A stretch of 64,000 nt of DNA from NCBI GenBank assembly GCA_050633245.1, contig JBOEGD010000011.1, positions 528,852-592,851 of the forward strand, read 5' to 3'. The notes below the pieces were generated by a model. It saw nothing but the letters and a program-made list of their open reading frames with translations. It was not told the origin of the DNA and made no database searches. Shown here piece by piece: positions 10,096 through 20,095 of this stretch. The stretch's first letter is position 1. Every line of letters begins with the position of its first letter. This DNA is from Calditrichia bacterium (GTDB lineage: Bacteria > Calditrichota > Calditrichia > RBG-13-44-9 > J075). A program made the translations under genes and the position numbers.

Positions 10096-10671
10096 TCAAA
10101 CTTCTTGTTTCAGGTCGTTAATTACAGATTGGCGTAACTTTTCCATTCCCAATCGCAATCTACTTTTTATAGTGCCAAGTGGTAATCCACTTTCTTCGGC
10201 AATTTCTGAGTGCGTCAGTCCGGCAAAGTAGGCCAACTCCAGCAACTCTTTTTGTTCCTTTGGCAAACTTTCCAAGGCGGACTTTAGCTTCGCACTAATT
10301 TGCAACGCATGCGTATTACTGTCTGGCAAGCTTGCTGCCTCGGCAAAACGCTGGTCGAGCTTTTCATCTGTTTCTAATGCCTGATACCGCCTGGATCGCA
10401 ACATGTCGATACAGCGATTGCGACACAGGTAGTTCATCCATGTTGAAGCGCGCCCTTTTGTCGCTGTAAAACTCCCTGCACCGCGCCAAATTGCAAGAAA
10501 AGCCTCTTGCAAAGCATCTTGAGCAACACGATTTTCGCGCAAGACGGCGAGGCATATACCAAATAAACGAGCAGAGTGCCTCGAATAGATCACTTGAAAC
10601 GCTTCTTGATCGTTTTTAGCAATCTTCGACAACAGTTCTTCGTCGGATATTTTGGATTCTGGCAAATTCAT
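10096..10671 (-). CDS. ECF RNA polymerase sigma factor (SigK/RpoE-like)
   Basis: Region 2 (AQDALQEAFLAIWR...RNRCIDMLR) and region 4 (YFAGLTHSEIA...PLGTIKSRLRLGM). Confidence 0.92.
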   Translation of the reverse strand: MNLPESKISDEELLSKIAKNDQEAFQVIYSRHSARLFGICLAVLRENRVAQDALQEAFLAIWRGAGSFTATKGRASTWMNYLCRNRCIDMLRSRRYQALETDEKLDQRFAEAASLPDSNTHALQISAKLKSALESLPKEQKELLELAYFAGLTHSEIAEESGLPLGTIKSRLRLGMEKLRQSVINDLKQEV

Positions 10672-10758
10672 TTCAGGGTTCAGTTAAGGGTTTGATAAAC
10701 TTTAAGATAGATAAAAGCCGCTGCGAAATCAAGTGCGTGGCTGCTTTCTATAATTCAA

Positions 10759-11196
10759 TTAATCGGAAATAGAGCGCATATCGTTTGCTTTCTCGAACTG
10801 GTGTGAGCCGGGAGGACCAAGCATGAGAAGAATAGCGACAAGCTGGAGAACCACGATAGTGGTGCTTAGTGCAGAGTTGATGGAAATTTCATGATATACC
10901 AGCAAAAGAGACTTTATGTAAGCTGGCGCTCCAAGAACAAAAAAGCCGATAAAGGTATACAAGGCCCATTTTTTTCCAATGGCGATATTGCGAATCAAAA
11001 CAATGTTCCAGAAGAGAAAAAACACGAAGAACGATACAAGCAACCAGTTGTTGAACAAACCTTCAACAATCTGCTGGTTAAAAACAACATTCAAGAGGGT
11101 TAACGCCACGGATCCCCACAACAACTTCACAGCTAAGGCAAGCTGCGGCGCACCGGAATGATCGTTTTCATCAAACAACATATTTAACATCCACAT
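10759..11196 (-). CDS. Hypothetical membrane protein (about 4 TM)
   Basis: Four hydrophobic segments; GKKWA motif. Confidence 0.6.
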   Translation of the reverse strand: MWMLNMLFDENDHSGAPQLALAVKLLWGSVALTLLNVVFNQQIVEGLFNNWLLVSFFVFFLFWNIVLIRNIAIGKKWALYTFIGFFVLGAPAYIKSLLLVYHEISINSALSTTIVVLQLVAILLMLGPPGSHQFEKANDMRSISD

Positions 11197-11332
11197 ATTT
11201 TTTGTCTAAAGATGGCATCTCAGGTCTTTCTATTCAACTCTTTTATGATAATCTAACTATGCGCCTGTGATACTTTCATGAGAAATAACACGTAATATGT
11301 TTGCGACTTCTAAACTGAGAACGGAGACAGAC

Positions 11333-12880
11333 ATGCGATTTTTAACTTTCTTTACGCTACTTCTCATGATTCCGCTATTACTTGTAGCTGGAGAGAAAAA
11401 TGCGAGGTTCCTTAACGAAACAGATGCACTGCTAACGCAGATTGTAAGCGATGGACTTGTTGACTACGACAAGCTAAACAGCATGCTAAAACCGCAGCTT
11501 AACTCTTTGGCAAACCAAATTTCAACAATGCCCGAGTCCGAGCTAGCCAATGCCAATGTGCGTAAGGCCTTTCTTATAAATGCCTATAACATTCTTACTC
11601 TAAGCGGTATTGTGGCAAATATGCCAATCAACTCTCCTCAGGATGTAGGTGGATTCTTCGACCGACATAAATACAGCGTTGCCGGAGAACAACTCACCTT
11701 AAATGATCTCGAGAACAAAAAAATTCGTGAGCCGTATGGCGATGCCCGTATCCACTTTGTATTGGTTTGCGCAGCAAAGGGCTGCCCTATCTTGATCCCG
11801 GAGGCCTATCGACCTGAGACTCTCGACAAGCAGCTCGAAAGGCAAACGCGACAGGCGTTGAACGATCCGCTGCATGTCGAGGTCGATGCTGCCGCAAAAG
11901 AGGTAAAGGTCTCGGAGCTTTTTAAATGGTATAAGCAGGACTTTACGACCGATGGCAAAAGCATTCTGGACTATGTAAACTTGTTCCGCAACAAAACTAT
12001 ACCGGCAGATTATTCCGTTAGCTATAAAACCTACAACTGGGCATTGAATAATTTATCGATGAAGAAGGAAGCAACCGGCGCTACAGATGTGAGCCTGCAA
12101 GCTTACACTCCCTCTACCCTACTACGTCCTGGTCAACTGGAAGTAAAGGTTTTCAATAACCTTTATACGCAAACATCCTTTTTTGATGGAGACAGAAACG
12201 AAACCGATCAAAACAGTCGCTCCAGTTTTTTCAGTGGAATTACGACTATTTTTTACGGTCTTACGCCACGCATTAATATTGGAATGGATGTCTATGTCCG
12301 CTCGGTTCGCAACGACGATGATGGAAGCTCACCATTCGCCTTGTTCAAATTTGACTCGGATCAAAATTCGCGTACCGCGTTAACTCAAATCGGCCCGAAA
12401 GTCAAAGTAACCCCATTTAGCAACCTGCCAAGTCTAACGTTTCAGACCACAGCACTCTTTGCTCTGCCGTCGAATCTCGATGGAGCTGATGCGAGTCAGT
12501 CGCAACCCTTTCTGGATTTCGACGGCATTCAGTGGTTTAATCAAATCTTCTATGATCGTTCACTCTCAGACAACACGCTGATCTACTTTGAAGGTGGATT
12601 CTTCGTGCGCTTCGATTCGGAGTTTGAAGATTTCTTTACCCCGCTAAAGGCTATCTTTAATTATTTTCCATCAGATAAAGTTACGCTGTATTTACCGACT
12701 GAATTCACTTCCTTTTGGCAGGAAGGATCTGTAAATGGTTACTATGCCCAGTTCGGGCTTGGTGCAAAATATCAGCTAACCAGCAATTTGGAAATCGAAG
12801 GTTTGTTTACTGACTTCTCACTTGGAAAGAATCAGGGAGCTGGACAGACATTTAATCTTGGGTTTCGATTTATTCGATAG
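11333..12880 (+). CDS. DUF547 domain fused to a predicted outer-membrane beta-barrel
   Basis: Start moved to ATG 11333 (GGAG RBS); DUF547 motifs AFLINAYN, RIHFVLVCAAKGCP, FKWY..DF, YNWALN; amphipathic C-terminal half ending FNLGFRFIR. Confidence 0.8.
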   Translation: MRFLTFFTLLLMIPLLLVAGEKNARFLNETDALLTQIVSDGLVDYDKLNSMLKPQLNSLANQISTMPESELANANVRKAFLINAYNILTLSGIVANMPINSPQDVGGFFDRHKYSVAGEQLTLNDLENKKIREPYGDARIHFVLVCAAKGCPILIPEAYRPETLDKQLERQTRQALNDPLHVEVDAAAKEVKVSELFKWYKQDFTTDGKSILDYVNLFRNKTIPADYSVSYKTYNWALNNLSMKKEATGATDVSLQAYTPSTLLRPGQLEVKVFNNLYTQTSFFDGDRNETDQNSRSSFFSGITTIFYGLTPRINIGMDVYVRSVRNDDDGSSPFALFKFDSDQNSRTALTQIGPKVKVTPFSNLPSLTFQTTALFALPSNLDGADASQSQPFLDFDGIQWFNQIFYDRSLSDNTLIYFEGGFFVRFDSEFEDFFTPLKAIFNYFPSDKVTLYLPTEFTSFWQEGSVNGYYAQFGLGAKYQLTSNLEIEGLFTDFSLGKNQGAGQTFNLGFRFIR

Positions 12881-13046
12881 CCAAAACAGGTATCAGGTGT
12901 AATTAAAGATTTGAAGATTAGCTAATTGTAAATTCAATCTTTGCCGGAACAACCTAAATTCTGGTTCATCTTGTTGGAAAAGGGCATTCTCTATTGTATT
13001 TTGAGACGATTAAAATAAGGCTATTCGAATAGAGAGTGCATAATAA

Positions 13047-14312
13047 ATGTTGAAGAATCTACTTACGGCTCTGTTTGTAATTACAAGCGGAGCCTTTTTT
13101 ACGCTAGCCGCAAACGACACGATTGCAGAAGTTTCATTTACCGGACTGAGCAAAACTAAGCCTGACTATATACGCCAGTATATAGTGTCGACTGAAGGCG
13201 GTGAATACAATCAGAAAACTGTGGAACGTGATGCTCAAAACCTTCGCAATATTGGCTTGTTTACAGAAGTAACATTATCAATAAAAGAAAGTCCGGACGG
13301 ATATTACATCACCTTCAACTGCACAGAGCTTATTACCCTGCTGCCTATAATAAACCTGGGTGGTCTGAGCGATAATTTTTGGTATCAACTGGGTGCAATG
13401 GATATAAACTGGCTTGGACGAGGCAATACGTTGGGTGGTTATTATCGCTACTACGATCGCCATTCTTTTGCAGCCTTTTTGGAGATTCCAAGGCTGATTG
13501 GTCAGCGCTGGGGCATAACAACCAGCATCTCTCACATTTCCACAATTGAGCCTGCATTTTTTTCCGAAGGAATCGCAGAATATGATGTTGACAATCAGGC
13601 TTATTTGGCAAGTATTCGTTACAATCTTGGCACAAATAGTAGAATAGAGTTGGGTGGCGGCCTGCTTGAGGAAAATTATCTAAAGAACCTGGAGCGATCG
13701 GGCATGAATTCACCCGGCCCGGACGAACAGTCCTTTACCAAGTGGCTAATAAAACTAAGCGCCATGCAAGAATCTATCGACTACTTCTATCACTATCTCA
13801 ATGGATACTCAAATGAGATCTTTCTGGAGACGGTGCGCACTGAAGACGAAGAGGGTGGATTTTGGAAAGTACTCAACATCTCGAAGTTCTTTAAGCGAAT
13901 TAAGAAGAAAGGCAATTGGGCCTCACGAATAAGACTTGGTTTATCAACCAACAAGCAATCTCCGTTTGTCCCTTTTGTGCTAGACAGCTATTTAACAGCA
14001 CGTGGAAGCGGGAATCGCAGTTCGCGTGGAACAGCCGAGTTCACCATAAACACCGAATACAGGCACTCCGTTTTCGAGCGCAAGTCCGGCGCCATCCAAG
14101 CCGTCATATTTCTAGATGCCTCTGCCTGGCGTCCTGCAGCCGGGACGGTGAAGAGCATGTTCAATCGTGAAAACAATGTAACGCTTGCCGGTATTGGCGG
14201 AAGACTTTACCTGAAGAGGTTTAACAATCTTATCATCCGAGCAGACTATGGCGTTAGTCTTACGACTGATGGACAACACGGCGTCGTTTTTGGAATTGGT
14301 CAGTATTTCTAA
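13047..14312 (+). CDS. Small Omp85/BamA-TamA family outer-membrane protein with a single POTRA domain
   Basis: POTRA-like G..KTK..YI...D...LRNIGLF; NWLGRG; RADYG; terminal FGIGQYF. Confidence 0.82.
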   Translation: MLKNLLTALFVITSGAFFTLAANDTIAEVSFTGLSKTKPDYIRQYIVSTEGGEYNQKTVERDAQNLRNIGLFTEVTLSIKESPDGYYITFNCTELITLLPIINLGGLSDNFWYQLGAMDINWLGRGNTLGGYYRYYDRHSFAAFLEIPRLIGQRWGITTSISHISTIEPAFFSEGIAEYDVDNQAYLASIRYNLGTNSRIELGGGLLEENYLKNLERSGMNSPGPDEQSFTKWLIKLSAMQESIDYFYHYLNGYSNEIFLETVRTEDEEGGFWKVLNISKFFKRIKKKGNWASRIRLGLSTNKQSPFVPFVLDSYLTARGSGNRSSRGTAEFTINTEYRHSVFERKSGAIQAVIFLDASAWRPAAGTVKSMFNRENNVTLAGIGGRLYLKRFNNLIIRADYGVSLTTDGQHGVVFGIGQYF

Positions 14313-14316
14313 GAAC

Positions 14317-14349
14317 AAAAGCGCGTCGCACGATGGCGAGCACGCTTTT
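14317..14349. terminator. Probable bidirectional intrinsic terminator
   Basis: AAAAGCGCGTCGC...GCGAGCACGCTTTT between convergent genes. Confidence 0.6.
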
Positions 14350-14370
14350 GAAGGAGAGTTGAAAGGTTTC

Positions 14371-17300
14371 TTATTTCAAATAAATAAGGCGTTTCGTTTG
14401 AACAAAATCTCCAGCGACAATCCGATAAATATAGATACCACTTGCTACCTTGGCACCCTTCGCATCATCACCATGCCACTGTACTGAATAGCGGCCTGCG
14501 GAACGACGCTCGCCTATCAGTTCACGTACAAGACTTCCCGTAATGTCGTAAACTTTCAACGACACATTACTATCTTTCGCCAGAGCAAACGAAATTGTTG
14601 TGCTCGGATTAAATGGGTTCGGATAGTTCTGATCTAGTGCAAAGGCAGCTGGTGCACCTAAAAGGCTTTGCTGCTCTTGCTGCTGAGCAATATTGGTATT
14701 AGTGCGACCGGCAACTTCTACCTCATCCACATATATCCAATCGCTATTGCCACTGGCATCATTTCGGAAACGCACATACAGAGTATTGCCAATACCATTT
14801 GCAGCAAGATCAAATTCCAGACCCGTTACGTTATAAAACGTATTGTTATTGAAGTCGACTCCACGTGCAAAAGTGGCAATGGTAGTCCAGTTACTGCCAT
14901 TATTTGAAATCTGTACCCAAAAGTCTTCATTCAACTCCATGCTGCGTGAGTAGAATGAGAACTGAATTCGTCCTTCATCATAACCAGCAACGTTAAAACC
15001 ATTGGTTGACGTAAAAACAGATGTGCTGGTATTGTCTCGAATACGAACACAGAAGGTTCCCTGGGCAGCATAATTGGCATCTCTTGAACTGCGGCGACAG
15101 TCGGAGCCACCATCAAAGTAATTACCCCAGCCTGCTTCGAAATCATCGAATGCAAGAATATCCCAATCACCTGTCGGAGGATCAGAAATTGTTGCTGTGG
15201 TATTATCCGTATCCTGCAGGCCACCATTATCCGTAACCGTTAGAGACACATTATACGTTCCTGCAGTTGCATAGGTATGGCTTGGATTTGCAGCAGTTGA
15301 GGTTCCACCATCACCAAAATTCCAGAGATATCCGGTGATTGTGCCATCACTATCATTAGACCCTGCGCTGCTAAAACTTACTGCTACACCGGTGTCGCCG
15401 GAGTAAGGTCCATTGGCATCGGCCGTTGGTGCGACATTCGCTGCTCCACCCGTAACCGAAATATCGTCCCAGGCATGCCCATCTATAGCAATCGAATAGT
15501 TGTCATATTGCTGAAACTTAATCACAAATGTGCTGCTCAGGCTCAGACCATTAGCAGAGGCTAGTTGATCTATATCGAGGTTAAAATTGCTCCAGACATT
15601 ATTCGTAAAGCTCTGTCCGTTTAAATCCTGCACCTTTGTAAAACTGGCACCATCATTATCAGACAAGAACACGCCGTCCTGAACATGATTCTCATCGCTG
15701 AAGTCTTTCCACCAGAAATCGAGCTCAACCTGAGACTCTCCGGAAAGGTCGAGGCGGAGCCACGCTTCATTTTGTGAAAAGGAGCCACCGTTTAGATTAT
15801 CATCCATGGTTAAATGAAAACTACCGGTTCTCGGCGTATTTGCAGAGGTAACCAGAATACGTCCTTCTGAACCACCGGCAATGAGTGTCCAGAACTGATC
15901 GGTAGCTCCACTTTCAAAACCTGTTGAATATGGCAGTGACGCATAATTTCCACCAGGAAATGAGATGTTTGCAGTTGCATTATCACTACCGCTGAAACCG
16001 CCATCATCAGTAACCTGCAGTGTTACGTTATAGGTACCACCTGTTGCGTAGGTATGTGAAGGATTCGCCGCTGTCGATGTTCCTCCATCGCCAAAATTCC
16101 ATAGATAACTAACAATCGTTCCGTCACTGTCAAAAGAACCCGCACTGCTAAAACTGACAGAGGCACCAGCTGCGCCGCTATAGGGTCCATTGGCTTCTGC
16201 GACCGGAGCCTGATTACCTGTTCCACCTATGGTAAACGGAGAAACATATGTCAGTGCTGCGCCCGTCCGGTTGTCTGTCCATGCCGGATACACATTTCCA
16301 CCGTTGGCAGCAATTGCCAAATAGTCACCAAAGTACCCGCCGGCCAAGCCTGGAATAGGTGAAGGAGTAAAGGTAACATCGCTCACTTGAAAATCGACCC
16401 AACTATTACCCGCGTCCTGAGATACCGAGACATAAACCTGGCATTGCGTGTTACCGACATTTCTATCATCATAATAGATTACAGACAGATCACCGGTAAC
16501 GGGATCACAAGTAATCCATGGTGAAAAGTGCTCATTACCCTGTCCGGTGGGATCCTGATTTACGCGAATCGGGCTACTCCAGCTGGCTCCCTGGTTTGTG
16601 GAACGAATAATGTAAACGTCTTTATCATTGCCAGTATTTACTCCCGGCACACCGACATTCGTCCAAACCATATAAAGATTACCATTGTTCGCTCCCCCGC
16701 TGATATCCACAGCTGAAACCGGGAATGAATTCGTTCGCATGTTTTTGCCGGTTCCGGTTACGCGAATACCACGCGTTCCGGTAATAATATTTGCGGCAGT
16801 CCACGTTACACCACCATCAAAAGACCGACTAAGACCATAGGCTGGTTCATCCTGCACACCACCGCTGGTATAGTTGGTATAGAAAGCATATACTTCGCCA
16901 TTTGGGCCGGTCTGCACATGCACACCCTGCTGATAGGGTCCAAGATTATTAGAGATATTCTGGCGTGTTGTCCAGGAGGTACCATTGTTTGTTGACCTGG
17001 AAATTACAATGTTTCCATCGAAGGCCCCGCCAAAGTCGGTCCATGCAGAATACAGACGCCCCTGATAAGGACTGCCCGGGCTATTATCTACCCAAAAGTG
17101 GTTCTTGTCTGCTAAACTTCCCGGGTTTGGGCCGATTTGAACATCAGTCCAACTGCTGCCCTCATTGTCTGAGTAGGCAACACCTTGCCCGCCATTCGCT
17201 GCAATGTAGCCAACGAAGTAGCGCCCGGCGAGATTGATCGCTGCGGCAGGGTCTCCCGAGTTTCCACCACCGGTTCCCTGAATAGAGCCGGTAAAACTTG

Positions 17301-17694
17301 AAGCACCGTTCGAGCTCATAAATCCACTGGTTCCGAAAACCGTGGAGACCGGGTTGTTGGTCGAGTTGTTCGAATTCAGAACTTTCGTATTGTCATTGGG
17401 ATTGACGAAGATAGAGTTTTCACTCTGGGTGGTATTACTGGCACTGGTAACTGCTACATCAGGATTGTTATCGCCAATCGCCATCGACGACAATCCGGAT
17501 TGCATTGATTCAATCGCTTCCGGAACTTCAACTTCTGGATTTAGTGGAACAAGCCCCCGCTCCCCCAGCTCTTGCCAGTATTGCTGACTCCAGATTCGCT
17601 CATCAATTTCCACCGCAGCCTTATCCTGCGCGAATGAAAACTGCAGAGCCATCATAATCAGCAACACAGAGCTAATAGTCACTCGTCTTAACAT
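14371..17694 (-). CDS. Secreted BNR/Asp-box (sialidase-like propeller) protein with two PKD domains and FlgD-Ig/T9SS type A C-terminal domain
   Basis: Asp-box repeats (SDNEGSSW, STNNGTSW, SFDGGVTW, STNQGASW, SQDAGNSW); two YLWNFGDGGTS...SHTYAT PKD units; QNYPNPFNPST. Confidence 0.85.
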   Translation of the reverse strand: MLRRVTISSVLLIMMALQFSFAQDKAAVEIDERIWSQQYWQELGERGLVPLNPEVEVPEAIESMQSGLSSMAIGDNNPDVAVTSASNTTQSENSIFVNPNDNTKVLNSNNSTNNPVSTVFGTSGFMSSNGASSFTGSIQGTGGGNSGDPAAAINLAGRYFVGYIAANGGQGVAYSDNEGSSWTDVQIGPNPGSLADKNHFWVDNSPGSPYQGRLYSAWTDFGGAFDGNIVISRSTNNGTSWTTRQNISNNLGPYQQGVHVQTGPNGEVYAFYTNYTSGGVQDEPAYGLSRSFDGGVTWTAANIITGTRGIRVTGTGKNMRTNSFPVSAVDISGGANNGNLYMVWTNVGVPGVNTGNDKDVYIIRSTNQGASWSSPIRVNQDPTGQGNEHFSPWITCDPVTGDLSVIYYDDRNVGNTQCQVYVSVSQDAGNSWVDFQVSDVTFTPSPIPGLAGGYFGDYLAIAANGGNVYPAWTDNRTGAALTYVSPFTIGGTGNQAPVAEANGPYSGAAGASVSFSSAGSFDSDGTIVSYLWNFGDGGTSTAANPSHTYATGGTYNVTLQVTDDGGFSGSDNATANISFPGGNYASLPYSTGFESGATDQFWTLIAGGSEGRILVTSANTPRTGSFHLTMDDNLNGGSFSQNEAWLRLDLSGESQVELDFWWKDFSDENHVQDGVFLSDNDGASFTKVQDLNGQSFTNNVWSNFNLDIDQLASANGLSLSSTFVIKFQQYDNYSIAIDGHAWDDISVTGGAANVAPTADANGPYSGDTGVAVSFSSAGSNDSDGTITGYLWNFGDGGTSTAANPSHTYATAGTYNVSLTVTDNGGLQDTDNTTATISDPPTGDWDILAFDDFEAGWGNYFDGGSDCRRSSRDANYAAQGTFCVRIRDNTSTSVFTSTNGFNVAGYDEGRIQFSFYSRSMELNEDFWVQISNNGSNWTTIATFARGVDFNNNTFYNVTGLEFDLAANGIGNTLYVRFRNDASGNSDWIYVDEVEVAGRTNTNIAQQQEQQSLLGAPAAFALDQNYPNPFNPSTTISFALAKDSNVSLKVYDITGSLVRELIGERRSAGRYSVQWHGDDAKGAKVASGIYIYRIVAGDFVQTKRLIYLK

Positions 17695-17971
17695 ACAAGT
17701 ACCTCCTAAAAAATAAATAATTGGATGTATTATAACACAGATAATCTGTGAATTTTACAATGGCACCAGCACCGGCCAGCGGGGTATAATCGATAAATAT
17801 GCGAAAAAGTAGGATACGTTTAATCTGAATTGCTGTCTGATGGCAATGTATTACGAAGAGAAAAACTCTCTTTTTGGCCAACGCATCATGTAGTGAGTCA
17901 CCACCTTATATGCGTAATAATATTAAAAAAGGCAAGAAAAATATCGTCAAACGTGATAATGTTACAGTAAG

Positions 17972-17989
17972 TGTCGCCATCTTACGACA
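17972..17989. promoter_or_regulatory. Palindromic operator / candidate enhancer-binding site TGTCG-N8-CGACA
   Basis: TGTCGCCATCTTACGACA about 150 bp upstream of a sigma54-like promoter. Confidence 0.45.
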
Positions 17990-18136
17990 GTTATTTCAAC
18001 TTGGTATTTCCCCTTTCGAACAAATGCATATTCTGCACCTGCGTGCAAACAAGATCTTCTTCAACATAAGAGTGTTATGTAAGAGAGATATACGTATCTC
18101 CCTGTTTTCAAAGAACATAAGAAAGACACCGTTGAT

Positions 18137-18153
18137 TTGGCATGCGCTTTGTC
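18137..18153 (+). promoter_or_regulatory. Candidate sigma54 (-24/-12) promoter
   Basis: TTGGCATGCGCTTTGTC: GG-N10-GT (-12 is GT rather than GC), about 45 bp before the ATG at 18197. Confidence 0.5.
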
Positions 18154-18196
18154 TTATTTGTAGACAAACAGATCATTCAAACAGGAGCACTAAAAC

Positions 18197-19954
18197 ATGA
18201 ACATGAGACAAAATATTCTGCGCATTAAACTCCTTCTGGTTTTATTCACTATTCTGAGTTTTCTAACCATGCCATCAAATGTATTTGCAAGTGACGATAT
18301 TGAAGTTGAGGGGATTGTGCAGGCTGTTGAATCAGATAATTTAACAGTGCAAGGAATCGTTTTTTATGTCGATGCCAATACAGAAATAGAAAATGATGAC
18401 GGCGATCCGATTGCACTCAGCGACATTCATGTTGGCAATTTTGTTGAGGTCGAAGGTGATATCCAAGCAGACAGCACCTACCTTGCTACTGAAATAGAAC
18501 TCGAACATAATAATTCAGGTAATGAAGTTCGCATAGAAGGATTAATTTCGGATCTTGGCAGCAATTACCTAAGTATTTCCGGAACGATGTTCTTCGTAGA
18601 CAACAACACACGAATCCGCGATGAAAACGAAAATCCACTGGATTTCGCAGATTTGATGATTGGAGATGATGCAAAAGTTCGCGCCGAACGACAAGCAGAC
18701 AGCACGCTATTGGCTACACGAATAGATCTCGATGATGACAATAACTCAACCGAAATTGAGATCACCGCGCAAATCGAAGACATCTTCGGTGACAGTCTGA
18801 TAGTTGGTGGAATTACATTTTTCATCGACGCAAATACCCGCATAGAAGATGATGACGATAATCCGATCAGTTTTTCCGATCTGCAAATCGGCATGCTGGT
18901 TGAAATTGAAGGCTACGTGAAGCAAGATGGAACAATTCGCGCCAAAGAGATTGAAATTGAGGGCTTCTTCAATGATGAGTTTGAAATAAAAGGAATGATA
19001 GACAGCCTTGGAATAGATTTTCTCTACGTCCTTGATAATCGCTTCGACGTTTCCACAAACACGATTGTGCTGGATGACGACAATAACCTGATCGCTTTTT
19101 CAGACTTGTCAACAGGACTTATTGTTGAAGTACGGGCAGATTTACAGGCAAACGGCAACTGGCTCGCAACGCGTATTAAGATTGAAGACGATAATAACAA
19201 TGACTTTGAAGTACGGGCCTTAATAGACGCTCTTAGCACCAATACTATTCAAGCTGGTGGCCGTGAGTTCACTGTGAATGGAAATACTCTCGTTCTCGAC
19301 AACTTCAACCACCCAATAAGCTTTTCCGATCTTACGGTTGGATTACTGGTAGAGATTAGAGGAGTTTTCCAAACGACCAACAACCTTCTTGCGATTAAAA
19401 TCAAGGTAGAAGACAGTCCCAATTTCTCCAGAATTAGCGGTAATGTAACTGATATTTCAGGCAGCAATATTCGTGTGAACCAACCGGAGTTCGTTATCAG
19501 CCCGTCCGTTATCGTATTAAATGAATTTTATCAGCCGATAACAATAAGCGACATCGCAGTTGGGTCAAACGTAACCTTGTGGGCAGATAATACGAGCCAG
19601 CCAACGGCCATACAAATCCAGCGCAACAGTGGTAGTCCAACGGGCGTTAAACCGAATGAAGAGCCACTCATTGATGCGTTTCTTCTAAGGCAGAATTATC
19701 CGAATCCATTTAATCCATCGACGACAATACCGGTGGAAATAAATAGAGCCGTCGATATTGAGTTGAGCGTGTTTAATGTGCTAGGCCAAAAAGTAGTCAC
19801 ACTCCATTCAGGCAATCTTGCTCCCGGCAGCTATCGATTCCAATGGAGCGGCAGTGATGCAAACGGATTCACCGTTGCTGGCGGTGTCTACTATTATCAG
19901 TTGATAATTGATACGCAGATCTCATCTGGTAAAAAAATGATTCTACTTAAATAA
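18197..19954 (+). CDS. Secreted DUF5666-repeat protein with FlgD-Ig/T9SS type A C-terminal domain
   Basis: About six acidic repeats (EVEG...F.VD.NT.I.DD...I.FSDL..G..VE..G....A..I); C-terminal QNYPNPFNPST. Confidence 0.82.
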   Translation: MNMRQNILRIKLLLVLFTILSFLTMPSNVFASDDIEVEGIVQAVESDNLTVQGIVFYVDANTEIENDDGDPIALSDIHVGNFVEVEGDIQADSTYLATEIELEHNNSGNEVRIEGLISDLGSNYLSISGTMFFVDNNTRIRDENENPLDFADLMIGDDAKVRAERQADSTLLATRIDLDDDNNSTEIEITAQIEDIFGDSLIVGGITFFIDANTRIEDDDDNPISFSDLQIGMLVEIEGYVKQDGTIRAKEIEIEGFFNDEFEIKGMIDSLGIDFLYVLDNRFDVSTNTIVLDDDNNLIAFSDLSTGLIVEVRADLQANGNWLATRIKIEDDNNNDFEVRALIDALSTNTIQAGGREFTVNGNTLVLDNFNHPISFSDLTVGLLVEIRGVFQTTNNLLAIKIKVEDSPNFSRISGNVTDISGSNIRVNQPEFVISPSVIVLNEFYQPITISDIAVGSNVTLWADNTSQPTAIQIQRNSGSPTGVKPNEEPLIDAFLLRQNYPNPFNPSTTIPVEINRAVDIELSVFNVLGQKVVTLHSGNLAPGSYRFQWSGSDANGFTVAGGVYYYQLIIDTQISSGKKMILLK

Positions 19955-19978
19955 GAACCCCTTGCAGTACCGCATAAA

Positions 19979-20018
19979 GAAGTCGTCCTTGAGACATGGT
20001 CAGTCTGAGGGCGACTTC
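19979..20018 (+). terminator. Hairpin / probable terminator after the DUF5666 gene
   Basis: GAAGTCGTCCTT...GAGGGCGACTTC inverted repeat. Confidence 0.55.
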
Positions 20019-20095
20019 ACTTCTTCGATCACTTGTTCACCGTTCAGCAATCTTGCCCTTTGAACTGCGCCGTTTCCGTCTTATTATTTATCAAC

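Noticed and set aside
15190-16210. Internal DNA repeat suggesting a DGR template/variable pair
   Set aside because: Explained by two PKD domains in one protein; no reverse transcriptase in the window
17874-18200. 108-aa plus-strand ORF
   Set aside because: Spans a divergent promoter region, has a TTG start and no recognisable protein features
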